A stretch of DNA of 64,000 nt from Lingula anatina (taxonomy: Eukaryota > Animalia > Brachiopoda): the NCBI GenBank assembly GCA_051362555.1, contig CM120644.1, forward strand, positions 14,406,534 through 14,470,533, in the 5' to 3' direction. The translations under genes were made by a program, and so were the position numbers. Numbering within the stretch: the first letter of the stretch is position 1; each line of letters starts with the position of its first letter. Under the pieces are notes generated by a model. It had not been told where the DNA came from and did no database searches. It saw only the letters and a list, made by a program, of their open reading frames with translations. Below, piece by piece: positions 36,701 through 50,500 of this stretch.

Positions 36701-39700
36701 TAATACAAATGACCGAACACACCTACCTGACACTATAATGAAGAAAAAAAATTTTCATCCCTACCTGGCCAAAATTGAAGAAATCTCACAGTGCCGGCAC
36801 TGTTCAAAATCACTCAAAATCACCAAAAATCGACCCGTCTCCGATTTTTCGAAAAAGTGACGAAAATCAATCTACCACATCTGTCATTCATAAAAAATGT
36901 GGAAACGCGCCTGGGTCACTTCATCAAGGCACCCAATTCTAGCTTTAAAGATGATCCAAAAATAAGCCCTGAGAACAGAATCTGAGAGGGGGGGGAGACA
37001 GAGTTTTTGCTCTATTTCTTCCTTAATGTTGACACCACCACTCTTCCAGCACTTAATTCTTACTATAAATGACCGAACACACCTACCTGACACTATAATG
37101 AAGAAAACAAATTTTCATCCCTACCTGGCCAAAATTGAAGAAATCTCACAGTGCCGGCACTGTTCAAAATCACTCAAAATCACCAAAAATCGACCCGTCT
37201 CCGATTTTGCCAAAAAGTGACGAAAATCAATCTACCACACCTGTCATTCATAAAAAATGTGGAAACGCGCCCGGGTCACTTCATCAAGGCCCCCAATTCT
37301 AGCTTTAAAGATGATCCAAAAATAAGCCCTGAGAACAGAATCTGAGAGGGGAGGGAGACAGAGTTTTTGCTCTATTTCTTCCTTAATGTTGACACCACCA
37401 CTCTTCCAGCACTTTATTCTTACTACAAATGACCGACCACACCTACATGACACTATAATGAAGAAAAAAAAATTTCATCCCTACCTGGCCAAAATTGTAG
37501 AAATCTCACAGTGCCGGCACTGTTCAAAATCACTCAAAATCACCAAAAATCGACCCGTCTCCGATTTTTCCAAAAAGTGACGAAAATCAATCTACCCCCC
37601 CCGAGTTTTTGCTCTTTTTCTTCCTTAATGTTGACACCACCACTCTTCCAGCACTTTATTCTTACTACAAATGACCGAACACACCTACCTGACACTATAA
37701 TGAAGAAAAAAAATTTTCATCCCTACCTGGCCAAAATTGAAGAAATCTCACAGTGCCGGCACTGTTCAAAATCACTCAAAATCATCAAAAATCAACCCGT
37801 CTCCGATTTTTCCAAAAAGTGACGAAAATCAATCTACCACACCTGTCATTCATAAAAAATGTGGAAACGCGCCCGGGTCACTTCATCAAGGCCACCAATT
37901 CTAGCTTTAAAGATGATCCAAAAATAAGCTCTGAGAACAGAATCTGAGAGGGGGGGGAGAGACAGAGTTTTTGCTCTATTTCTTCCTTAATGTTGACACC
38001 ACCACTCTTCCAGCACTTTATTCTTACTACAAATGACCGAACACACCTACCTGACACTATAATGAAGAAAAAAAATTTTCATCCCTACCTGGCCAAAATT
38101 GAAGAAATCTCACAGTGCCGGCACTGTTCAAAATCACTCAAAATCACCAAAAATCGACCCGTCTCCGATTTTTCCAAAAAGTGACCAAAATCAATCTACC
38201 ACACCTGTCATTCATAAAAAATGTGGAAACGCGCCCGGGTCACTTCATCAAGGCCCCCAATTCTAGCTTTAAAGATGATCCAAAAATAAGCACTGAGAAC
38301 AGAATCTGAGAGGGGGGGGGGAGACAGAGTTTTTGCTCTTTTTCTTCCTTAATGTTGACACCACCACTCTTCCAGCACTTTATTCTTACTACAAATGACC
38401 GAACACACCTACCTGACACTATAATGAAGAAAAAAAATTTTCATCCCTACCTGGCCAAAATTGAAGAAATCTCACAGTGCCGGCACTGTTCAAAATCACT
38501 CAAAATCACCAAAAATCGACCCGTCTCCGATTTTTCCAAAAAGTGACGAAAAACAATCTACCACACCTGTCATTCATAAAAAATGTGGAAACGCGCCCAG
38601 GTCACTTCATCAAGGCCCCCAATTCTAGCTTTAAAGATGATCCAAAAATAAGCTCTGAGAACAGAATCTGAGGGGGGGGGGGGGAGAGAGAGTTTTTGCT
38701 CTATTTCTTCCTCAATGTTGACACCACCACTCTTCCAGCACTTTATTCTTACTACAAATGACCAAACACACCTACCTGACACTATAATGAAGAAAAAAAA
38801 TTTTCATCCCTACCTGGCCAAAATTGAAGAAATCTCACAGTGCCGGCACTGATCAAAATCACTCAAAATCACCAAAAATTGACCCGTCTCCGATTTTTCC
38901 AAAAGTGACGAAAATCAATCTACAAACCACCTGTCATTCATAAAAAATGTGGAAACGCGCCCGGGTCACTTCATCAAGGCCCCCAATTCTAGCTTTAAAG
39001 ATGATCCAAAAATAAGCTCTGAGAACAGAATTTGAGAGGGGGGGGAGGGGAGAGAGAGTTTTTGCTCTTTTTCTTCCTTAATGTTGACACCACCACTCTT
39101 CCAGCACTTTATTCTTCCTACAAATGACCGAACACACCTACCTGACAGTATAATGAAGAAAAAAAATTTTCATCCCTACCTGACCAAAATTGAAGAAATC
39201 TCACAGTGCCGGCACTGTTCAAAATCACTCAAAATCACCAAAAATCGACCCGTCTCCGATTTTTCCAAAAAGTGACGAAAATCAATCTACCACACCTGTC
39301 ATTCATAAAAAATGTGGAAACGCGCCCGGGTCACTTCATCAAGGCCCCCAATTCTAGCTTTAAAGATGATCCAAAAATAAGCTCTAAGAAGAGAATCTGA
39401 GAGGGGGGGGGGGGGAGAGAGAGTTTTTGCTCTATTTCTTCCTCAATGTTGACACCACCACTCTTCCAGCACTTTATTCTTACTACAAATGACCGAACAC
39501 ACCTACCTGACACTATAATGAAGAAAAAAAATTTTCATCCCTACCTGGCCAAAATTGAAGAAATCTCACAGTGCCGGCACTGTTCAAAATCACTCAAAAT
39601 CACCAAAAATCGACCCGTCTCCGATTTTTCCAAAAAGTGACGAAAATCAATCTACCACACCTGTCATTCATAAAAAATGTGGAAATGCGCCCGGGTCACT

Positions 39701-42700
39701 TCATCAAGGCCCCCAATTCTAGCTTTAAAGATGATCCAAAAATAAGCTCTGAGAACAGAATCTGAGAGGGGGGGGGGAGAGAGAGTTTTTGCTCTTTTTC
39801 TTCCTTAATGTTGACACCACCACTCTTCCAGCACTTTATTCTTTCTACAAATGACCGAACACACCTACCTGACACTATAATGAAGAAAAAAAATTTTCAT
39901 CCCTACCTGACCAAAATTGAAGAAATCTCACAGTGCCGGCACTGTTCAAAATCACTCAAAATCACCAAAAATCGACCCGTCTCCGATTTTTCCAAAAAGT
40001 GACGAAAATCATTCTACCACACCTGTCATTCATAAAAAATGTGGAAACGCGCCCGGGTCACTTCATCAAGGCCCCCAATTCTAGCTTTAAAGATGATCCA
40101 AAAATAAGCTCTGAGAACAGAATCTGAGAGGGGGGGGGGGGGGAGACAGAGTTTTTGCTCTATTTCTTCCTTAATGATGACACCACCACTCTTCCAGCAC
40201 TTTATTCTTACTACAAATGACCGAACACACCTACATGACACTATAATGAAGAAAAAAAATTTTCATCCCTACCTGGCCAAAATTGAAGAAATCTCACAGT
40301 GCCGGCACTGTTCAAAATCACTCAAAATCACCAAAAATCGACCCGTCTCCGATTTTTCCAAAAAGTGACGAAAATCAATCTACCACACCTGTCATTCATA
40401 AAAAATGTGGAAACGCGCCCGGGTCACTTCATCAAGGCCCCCAATTTTAGCTTTAAAGATGATCCAAAAATAAGCCCTGAGAACAGAATCTGAGAGGGGG
40501 GGAGACAAAGTTTTTGCTCTATTTCTTCCTTAATGTTGACACCACCACTCTTCCAGCACTTTATTCTTACTACAAATGACCGAACACACCTACATGACAC
40601 TATAATGAAGAAAAAATTTTTCATCCCTACCTGGCCAAAATTGAAGAAATCTCACAGTGCAGGCACTGATCAAAATCACTCAAAATCACCAAAAATTGAC
40701 CCGTCTCCGATTTTTCCAAAAAGTGACGAAAATCAATCTACCACACCTGTCATTCATAAAAAATGTGGAAACGCGCCCGGGTCACTTCATCAAGGCCCCC
40801 AATTCTAGCTTTAAAGATGATCCAAAAATAAGCTCTGAGAACAGAATCTGAGAGGGGGGGGAGAGAGAGTTTTTGCTCTATTTCTTCCTTAATGTTGACA
40901 CCACCACTCTTCCAGCACTTTATTCTTCCTACAAATGACCAAACACACCTACCTGACAGTATAATGAAGAAAAAAAATTTTCATCCCTACCTGATCAAAA
41001 TTGAAGAAATCTCACAGTGCCGGCACTGTTCAAAATCACTCAAAATCACCAAAAATCGACCCGTCTCCGATTTTTCCAAAAAGTGACGAAAATCAATCTA
41101 CCACACCTGTCATTCATAAAAAATGTGGAAACGCGCCCGGGTCACTTCATCAAGGCCCCCAATTCTAGCTTTAAAGATGATCCAAAAATAAGCTCTGAGA
41201 ACAGAATCTGAGAGGGGGGGGGAGAGAGAGTTTTTGCTCTATTTCTTCCTTAATGTTGACACCACCACTCTTCCAGCACTTTATTCTTAATACAAATGAC
41301 CGAACACACCTACCTGACACTATAATGAAGAAAAAAAATTTTCATCCCTACCTGGCCAAAATTGAAGAAATCTCACAGTGCCGGCACTGTTCAAAATCAC
41401 TCAAAATCACCAAAAATCGACCCGTCTCCGATTTTTCGAAAAAGTGACGAAAATCAATCTACCACATCTGTCATTCATAAAAAATGTGGAAACGCGCCCG
41501 GGTCACTTCATCAAGGCACCCAATTCTAGCTTTAAAGATGATCCAAAAATAAGCCCTGAGAACAGAATCTGAGAGGGGGGGGAGACAGAGTTTTTGCTCT
41601 ATTTCTTCCTTAATGTTGACACCACCACTCTTCCAGCACTTAATTCTTACTATAAATGACCGAACACACCTACCTGACACTATAATGAAGAAAAAAAATT
41701 TTCATCCCTACCTGGCCAAAATTGAAGAAATTTCACAGTGCCGGCACTGTTCAAAATCACTCAAAATCACCAAAAATCGACCCATCTCTGATTTTTCCAA
41801 AAAGTGACCAAAATCAATCTACCACACCTGCCATTCATAAAAAATGTGGAAACGCGCCCGGGTCACTTCATCAAGGCCCCCAATTCTAGCTTTAAAGATG
41901 ATCCAAAAATAAGCTCTGAGAACAGAATCTGAGAGGGGGGGGGAGAGAGAGTTTTTGCTCTATTTCTTCCTTAATGTTGACACCACCACTCTTCCAGCAC
42001 TTTATTCTTACTACAAATGACCGAACACACCTACCTGACACTATAATGAAGAAAAAAAATTTTCATCCCTACCTGGCCAAAATTGAAGAAATCTCACAGT
42101 GCCGGCACTGTTCAAAATCACTCAAAATCACCAAAAATCGACCCGTCTCCGATTTTTCCAAAAAGTGACGAAAATCAATCTACCACACCTGTCATTCATA
42201 AAAAATGTGGAAACGCGCCCGGGTCACTTCATCAAGGCCCCCAATTCTAGCTTTAAAGATGATCCAAAAATAAGCCCTGAGAACAGAATCTGAGAGGGGA
42301 GGGAGACAGAGTTTTTGCTCTATTTCTTCCTTAATGTTGACACCACCACTCTTCCAGCACTTTATTCTTACTACAAATGACCGACCACACCTACATGACA
42401 CTATAATGAAGAAAAAAAAATTTCATCCCTACCTGGCCAAAATTGTAGAAATCTCACAGTGCCGGCACTGTTCAAAATCACTCAAAATCACCAAAAATCG
42501 ACCCGTCTCCGATTTTTCCAAAAAGTGACGAAAATCAATCTACCCCCCCCGAGTTTTTGCTCTTTTTCTTCCTTAATGTTGACACCACCACTCTTCCAGC
42601 ACTTTATTCTTACTACAAATGACCGAACACACCTACCTGACACTATAATGAAGAAAAAATATTTTCATCCCTACCTGGCCAAAGTTGAAGAAATCTCACA

Positions 42701-43610
42701 GTGCCGGCACTGTTCAAAATCACTCAAAATCATCAAAAATCAACCCGTCTCCGATTTTTCCAAAAAGTGACGAAAATCAATCTACCGCACCTGTCATTCA
42801 TAAAAAATGTGGAAACGCGCCCGGGTCACTTCATCAAGGCCACCAATTCTAGCTTGAAAGATGATCCAAAAATAAGCTCTGAGAACAGAATCTGAGAGGG
42901 GGGGGAGAGACAGAGTTTTTGCTCTATTTCTTCCTTAATGTTGACACCACCACTCTTCCAGCACTTTATTCTTACTACAAATGACCGAACACACCTACCT
43001 GACACTATAATGAAGAAAAAAAATTTTCATCCCTACCTGGCCAAAATTGTAAAAATCTCACAGTGCCGGCACTGTTCAAAATCACTCAAAATCACCAAAA
43101 ATCGACCCGTCTCCGATTTTTCCAAAAAGTGACGAAAATCAATCTACCACACCTGTCATTCATAAAAAATGTGGAAACGCGCCCGGGTCACTTCATCAAG
43201 GCCCCCAATTCTAGCTTTAAAGATGATCCAAAAATAAGCACTGAGAACAGAATCTGAGAGGGGGGGGGGAGACAGAGTTTTTGCTCTTTTTCTTCCTTAA
43301 TGTTGACACCACCACTCTTCCAGCACTTTATTCTTACTACAAATGACCGAACACACCTACCTGACACTATAATGAAGAAAAAAAATTTTCATCCCTACCT
43401 GGCCAAAATTGAAGAAATCTCACAGTGCCGGCACTGTTCAAAATCACTCAAAATCACCAAAAATCGACCCGTCTCCGATTTTTCCAAAAAGTGACGAAAA
43501 ACAATCTACCACACCTGTCATTCATAAAAAATGTGGAAACGCGCCCAGGTCACTTCATCAAGGCCCCCAATTCTAGCTTTAAAGATGATCCAAAAATAAG
43601 CTCTGAGAAC
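33720..43610. repeat. Higher-order repeat: 14-mer (~4.95 kb) x2, each with one 242-bp truncated monomer
   Basis: Variants pair at 34131/39081, 34495/39446, 34858/39808, 35946/40533, 36305/40892, 36666/41253, 37386/42334, 37990/42938 and 38352/43300. Confidence 0.9.
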
Positions 43611-46600
43611 AGAATCTGAGGGGGGGGGGAGAGAGAGTTTTTGCTCTATTTCTTCCTTAATGTTGACACCACCACTCTTCCAGCACTTTATTCTTACTAC
43701 AAATGACCGAACACACCTACCTGACACTATAATGAAGAAAAAAATTTTTCATCCCTACCTAGCCAAAATTGAAGAAATCTCACAGTGCCGGCACTGTTCA
43801 AAATCACTCAAAATCACCAAAAATCGACCCGTCTCCGATTTTTCCAAAAAATGATGAAAATATATTTACCACACCTGTCATTCATAAAAAATGTGGAAAC
43901 GCGCCCGGGTCACTTCATCAAGGCCCCCAATTCTAGCTTTAAAGATGATCCAAAAATAAGCTCTGAGAACAGAATCTGAGAGGGGGGGGGGGAGACAGAG
44001 TTTTTGCTCTTTTTCTTCCTTAATGTTGACACCACCACTCTTCCAGCACTTTATTCTTACTACAAATGACCGAACACACCTACCTGACACTATAATGAAG
44101 AAAAAAAATTTTCATCCCTACCTGGCCAAAATTGAAGAAATCTCACAGTGCCGGCACTGTTCAAAATCACTCAAAATCACCAAAAATCGACCCGTCTCCG
44201 ATTTTTCCAAAAAGTGACGAAAATCAATCTACCACACCTGTCATTCATAAAAAATGTGGAAACGCGCCCGGGTCACTTCATCAAGGCCCCCAATTCTAGC
44301 TTTAAAGATGATCCAAAAATAAGCTCTGAGAACAGAATCTGAGAGGGGGGGGGGGAGACAGAGTTTTTGCTCTTTTTCTTCCTTAATGTTGACACCACCA
44401 CTCTTCCAGCACTTTATTCTTACTACAAATGACCGAACACACCTACCTGACACTATAATGAAGAAAAAAAATTTTCATCCCTACCTGGCCAAAATTGAAG
44501 AAATCTCACAGTGCCGGCACTGTTCAAAATCACTCAAAATCACCAAAAATCGACCCGTCTCCGATTTTTCCAAAAAGTGACCAAAATCATTCTACCACAC
44601 CTGTCATTCATAAAAAATGTGGAAACGCGCCCGGGTCACTTCATCAAGGCCCCCAATTCTAGCTTTAAAGATGATCCAAAAATAAGCTCTGAGAACAGAA
44701 TCTGAGAGGGGGGGGAGAGAGAGTTTTTGCTCTATTTCTTCCTTAATGTTGACACCACCACTCTTCCAGCACTTTATTCTTAATACAAATGACCGAACAC
44801 ACCTACCTGACACTATAATGAAGAAAAAAAATTTTCATCCCTACCTGGCCAAAATTGAAGAAATCTCACAGTGCCGGCACTGTTCAAAATCACTCAAAAT
44901 CACCAAAAATCGACCCGTCTCCGATTTTTCGAAAAAGTGACGAAAATCAATCTACCACATCTGTCATTCATAAAAAATGTGGAAACGCGCCCGGGTCACT
45001 TCATCAAGGCCCCCAATTCTAGCTTTAAAGATGATCCAAAAATAAGCCCTGAGAACAGAATCTGAGAGGGGGGGGAGACAGAGTTTTTGCTCTATTTCTT
45101 CCTTAATGTTGACACCACCACTCTTCCAGCACTTAATTCTTACTACAAATGACCGAACACACCTACCTGACACTATAATGAAGAAAAAAAATTTTCATCC
45201 CTACCTGGCCAAAATTGAAGAAATTTCACAGTGCCGGCACTGTTCAAAATCACTCAAAATCACCAAAAATCGACCCATCTCTGATTTTTCCAAAAAGTGA
45301 CGAAAATATATCTACCACACCTGTCATTCATAAAAAATGTGGAAACGCGCCCGGGTCACTTCATCAAGGCCCCCAATTCTAGCTTTAAAGATGATCCAAA
45401 AATAAGCTCTGAGAACAGAATCTGAGAGGGGGGGGAGAGAGAGTTTTTGCTCTATTTCTTCCTTAATGTTGACACCACCACTCTTCCAGCACTTTATTCT
45501 TACTACAAATGACCGAACACACCTACCTGACACTTTAACGAAGAAAAAAAATTTTCATCCCTACCTGGCCAAAATTGAAGAACTCTCACAGTGCCGGCAC
45601 TGTTCAAAATCACTCAAAATCACCAAAAATCGACCCATCTCCGATTTTTCCAAAAAGTGACCAAAATCAATCTACCACACCTGTCATTCATAAAAAATGT
45701 GGAAACGCGCCCGGGTCACTTCATCAAGGCCCCCAATTCTAGCTTTAAAGATGATCCAAAAATAAGCTCTGAGAACAGAATCTGAGAGGGGGGGGGGAGA
45801 CAGAGTTTTTGCTCTTTTTCTTCCTTAATGTTGACACCACCACTCTTCCAGCACTTTATTCTTACTACAAATGACCGAACACACCTACCTGACACTATAA
45901 TGAAGAAAAAAATTTTTCATCCCTACCTGGCCAAAATTGAAGAAATCTCACAGTGCCGGCACTGTTCAAAATCACCCAAAATCACCAAAAATCGACCCGT
46001 CTCCGATTTTTCCAAAAAGTGACGAAAATATATCTACCACACCTGTCATTCATAAAAAATGTGGAAACGCGCCCGGGTCACTTCATCAAGGCCCCCAATT
46101 CTAGCTTTAAAGATGATCCAAAAATAAGCTCTGAGAACAGAATCTGAGAGGGGGGGGGGGAGACAGAGTTTTTGCCCTTTTTCTTCCTTAATGTTGACAC
46201 CACCACTCTTCCAGCACTTTATTCTTACTACAAATGACCGAACACACCTACCTGACACTATAATGAAGAAAAAAAATTTTCATCCCTACCTGGCCAAAAT
46301 TGAAGAAATCTCACAGTGCCGGCACTGTTCAAAATCACTCAAAATCACCAAAAATCGACCCGTCTCCGATTTTTCCAAAAAGTGACGAAAATCAATCTAC
46401 CACATCTGTCATTCATAAAAAATGTGGAAACGCGCCCGGGTCACTTCATCAAGGCCCCCAATTCTAGCTTTAAAGATGATCCAAAAATAAGCCCTGAGAA
46501 CAGAATCTGAGAGGGGGGGAGACAGAGTTTTTGCTCTATTTCTTCCTTAATGTTGACACCACCACTCTTCCAGCACTTTATTCTTACTACAAATGACCGA

Positions 46601-47589
46601 ACACACCTACCTGACACTATAATGAAGAAAAAAAATTTTCATCCCTACCTGGCCAAAATTGAAGAACTCTCACAGTGCCGGCACTGTTCAAAATCACTCA
46701 AAATCACCAAAAATCGACCCATCTCCGATTTTTCCAAAAAGTGACCAAAATCAATCTACCACACCTGTCTTTCATAAAAAATGTGGAAACGCGCCCGGGT
46801 CACTTCATCAAGGCCCCCAATTCTAGCTTTAAAGATGATCCAAAAATAAGCTCTGAGAACAGAATCTGAGAGGAGGGGGGGAGACAGAGTTTTTGCTCTT
46901 TTTCTTCCTTAATGTTGACACCACCACTCTTCCAGCACTTTATTCTTACTACAAATGACCGAACACACCTACCTGACACTATAATGAAGAAAAAAATTTT
47001 TCATCCCTACCTGGCCAAAATTGAAGAAATCTCACAGTGCCGGCACTGTTCAAAATCACCCAAAATCACCAAAAATCGACCCGTCTCCGATTTTTCCAAA
47101 AAGTGACGAAAATATATCTACCACACCTGTCATTCATAAAAAATGTGGAAACGCGCCCGGGTCACTTCATCAAGGCCCCCAATTCTAGCTTTAAAGATGA
47201 TCCAAAAATAAGCTCTGAGAACAGAATCTGAGAGGAGGGGGGGAGACAGAGTTTTTGCTCTTTTTCTTCCTTAATGTTGACACCACCACTCTTCCAGCAC
47301 TTTATTCTTACTACAAATGACCGAACATACCTACCTGACACTATAATGAAGAAAAAAAATTTTCATCCCTACCTGGCCAAAATTGAAGAAATCTCACAGT
47401 GCCGGCACTGTTCAAAATCACTCAAAATCACCAAAAATCGACCCGTCTCCGATTTTTCCAAAAAGTGACGAAAATCAATCTACCACACCTGTCATTCATA
47501 AAAAATGTGGAAATGCGCCCGGGTCACTTCATCAAAGCCCCCAATTCTAGCTTTAAAGATGATCCAAAAATAAGCTCTGAGAACAGAAT

Positions 47590-50500
47590 CTGAGAGGGGG
47601 GGGGGGAGACAGAGTTTTTGCTCTTTTTCTTCCTTAATGTTGACACCACCACTCTTCCAGCACTTTATTCTTACTACAAATGACCGAACACACCTACCTG
47701 ACACTATAATGAAGAAAAAAAATTTTCATCCCTACCTGGCCAAAATTGAAGAAATCTCACAGTGCCGGCACTGTTCAAAATCACTCAAAATCACCAAAAA
47801 TCGACCCGTCTCCGATTTTTCCAAAAAGTGACGAAAATCAATCTACCACACCTGTCATTCATAAAAAATGCGGAAACGCGCCCGGGTCACTTCATCAAGG
47901 CCCCCAATTCTAGCTTTAAAGATGATCCAAAAATAAGCTCTGAGAACAGAATCTGAGAGGGGGGGGGGAGACAGAGTTTTTGCTCTTTTTCTTCCTTAAT
48001 GTTGACACCACCACTCTTCCAGCACTTTATTCTTACTACAAATGACCGAACACACCTACCTGACACTATAATGAAGAAAAAAAATTTTCATCCCTACCTG
48101 GCCAAAATTGAAGAAATTTCACAGTGCCGGCACTGTTCAAAATCACTCAAAATCACCAAAAATCGACCCATCTCTGATTTTTCCAAAAAGTGACCAAAAT
48201 CAATCTACCACACCTGTCATTCATAAAAAATGTGGAAACGCGCCCGGGTCACTTCATCAAGGCCCCCAATTCTAGCTTTAAAGATGATCCAAAAATAAGC
48301 TCTGAGAACAGAATCTGAGAGGGGGGGGAGAGAGAGTTTTTGCTCTATTTCTTCCTTAATGTTGACACCACCACTCTTCCAGCACTTTATTCTTACTACA
48401 AATGACCGAACACACCTACCTGACACTTTAACGAAGTAAAAAAATTTTCATCCCTACCTGGCCAAAATTGAAGAACTCTCACAGTGCCGGCACTGTTCAA
48501 AATCACTCAAAATCACCAAAAATCGACCCATCTCCGATTTTTCCAAAAAGTGACGAAAATCAATCTACCACACCTGTCATTCATAAAAAATGTGGAAACG
48601 CGCCCGGGTCACTTCATCAAGGCCCCCAATTCTAGCTTTAAAGATGATCCAAAAATAAGCTCTGAGAACAGAATCTGAGAGGGGGGGGGGAGACAGAGTT
48701 TTTGCTCTTTTTCTTCCTTAATGTTGACACCACCACTCTTCCAGCACTTTATTCTTACTACAAATGACCGAACACACCTACCTGACACTATAATGAAGAA
48801 AAAAATTTTTCATCCCTACCTGGCCAAAATTGAAGAAATCTCACAGTGCCGGCACTGTTCAAAATCACCCAAAATCACCAAAAATCGACCCGTCTCCGAT
48901 TTTTCCAAAAAGTGACGAAAATATATCTACCACACCTGTCATTCATAAAAAATGTGGAAACGCGCCCGGGTCACTTCATCAAGGCCCCCAATTCTAGCTT
49001 TAAAGATGATCCAAAAATAAGCTCTGAGAACAGAATCTGAGAGGGGGGGGGGGGGAGACAGAGTTTTTGCTCTTTTTCTTCCTTAATGTTGACACCACCA
49101 CTCTTCCAGCACTTTATTCTTACTACAAATGACCGAACACACCTACCTGACACTATAATGAAGAAAAAAAATTTTCATCCCTACCTGGCCAAAATTGAAG
49201 AAATCTCACAGTGCCGGCACTGTTCAAAATCACTCAAAATCACCAAAAATCGACCCGTCTCCGATTTTTCCAAAAAGTGACGAAAATCAATCTACCACAC
49301 CTGTCATTCATAAAAAATGCGGAAACGCGCCCGGGTCACTTCATCAAGGCCCCCAATTCTAGCTTTAAAGATGATCCAAAAATAAGCTCTGAGAACAGAA
49401 TCTGAGAGGGGGGGGGAGACAGAGTTTTTGCTCTTTTTCTTCCTTAATGTTGACACCACCACTCTTCCAGCACTTTATTCTTACTACAAATGACCGAACA
49501 CACCTACCTGACACTATAATGAAGAAAAAAAATTTTCATCCCTACCTGGCCAAAATTGAAGAAATTTCACAGTGCCGGCACTGTTCAAAATCACTCAAAA
49601 TCACCAAAAATCGACCCATCTCTGATTTTTCCAAAAAGTGACCAAAATCAATCTACCACACCTGTCATTCATAAAAAATGTGGAAACGCGCCCGGGTCAC
49701 TTCATCAAGGCCCCCAATTCTAGCTTTAAAGATGATCCAAAAATAAGCTCTGAGAACAGAATCTGAGAGGGGGGGGAGAGAGAGTTTTTGCTCTATTTCT
49801 TCCTTAATGTTGACACCACCACTCTTCCAGCACTTTATTCTTACTACAAATGACCGAACACACCTACCTGACACTTTAACGAAGTAAAAAAATTTTCATC
49901 CCTACCTGGCCAAAATTGAAGAACTCTCACAGTGCCGGCACTGTTCAAAATCACTCAAAATCACCAAAAATCGACCCATCTCCGATTTTTCCAAAAAGTG
50001 ACGAAAATCAATCTACCACACCTGTCATTCATAAAAAATGTGGAAACGCGCCCGGGTCACTTCATCAAGGCCCCCAATTCTAGCTTTAAAGATGATCCAA
50101 AAATAAGCTCTGAGAACAGAATCTGAGAGGGGGGGGGGGAGACAGAGTTTTTGCTCTTTTTCTTCCTTAATGTTGACACCACCACTCTTCCAGCACTTTA
50201 TTCTTACTACAAATGACCGAACACACCTACCTGACACTATAATGAAGAAAAAAATTTTTCATCCCTACCTGGCCAAAATTGAAGAAATCTCACAGTGCCG
50301 GCACTGTTCAAAATCACCCAAAATCACCAAAAATCGACCCGTCTCCGATTTTTCCAAAAAGTGACGAAAATATATCTACCACACCTGTCATTCATAAAAA
50401 ATGTGGAAACGCGCCCGGGTCACTTCATCAAGGCCCCCAATTCTAGCTTTAAAGATGATCCAAAAATAAGCTCTGAGAACAGAATCTGAGAGGGGGGGGG

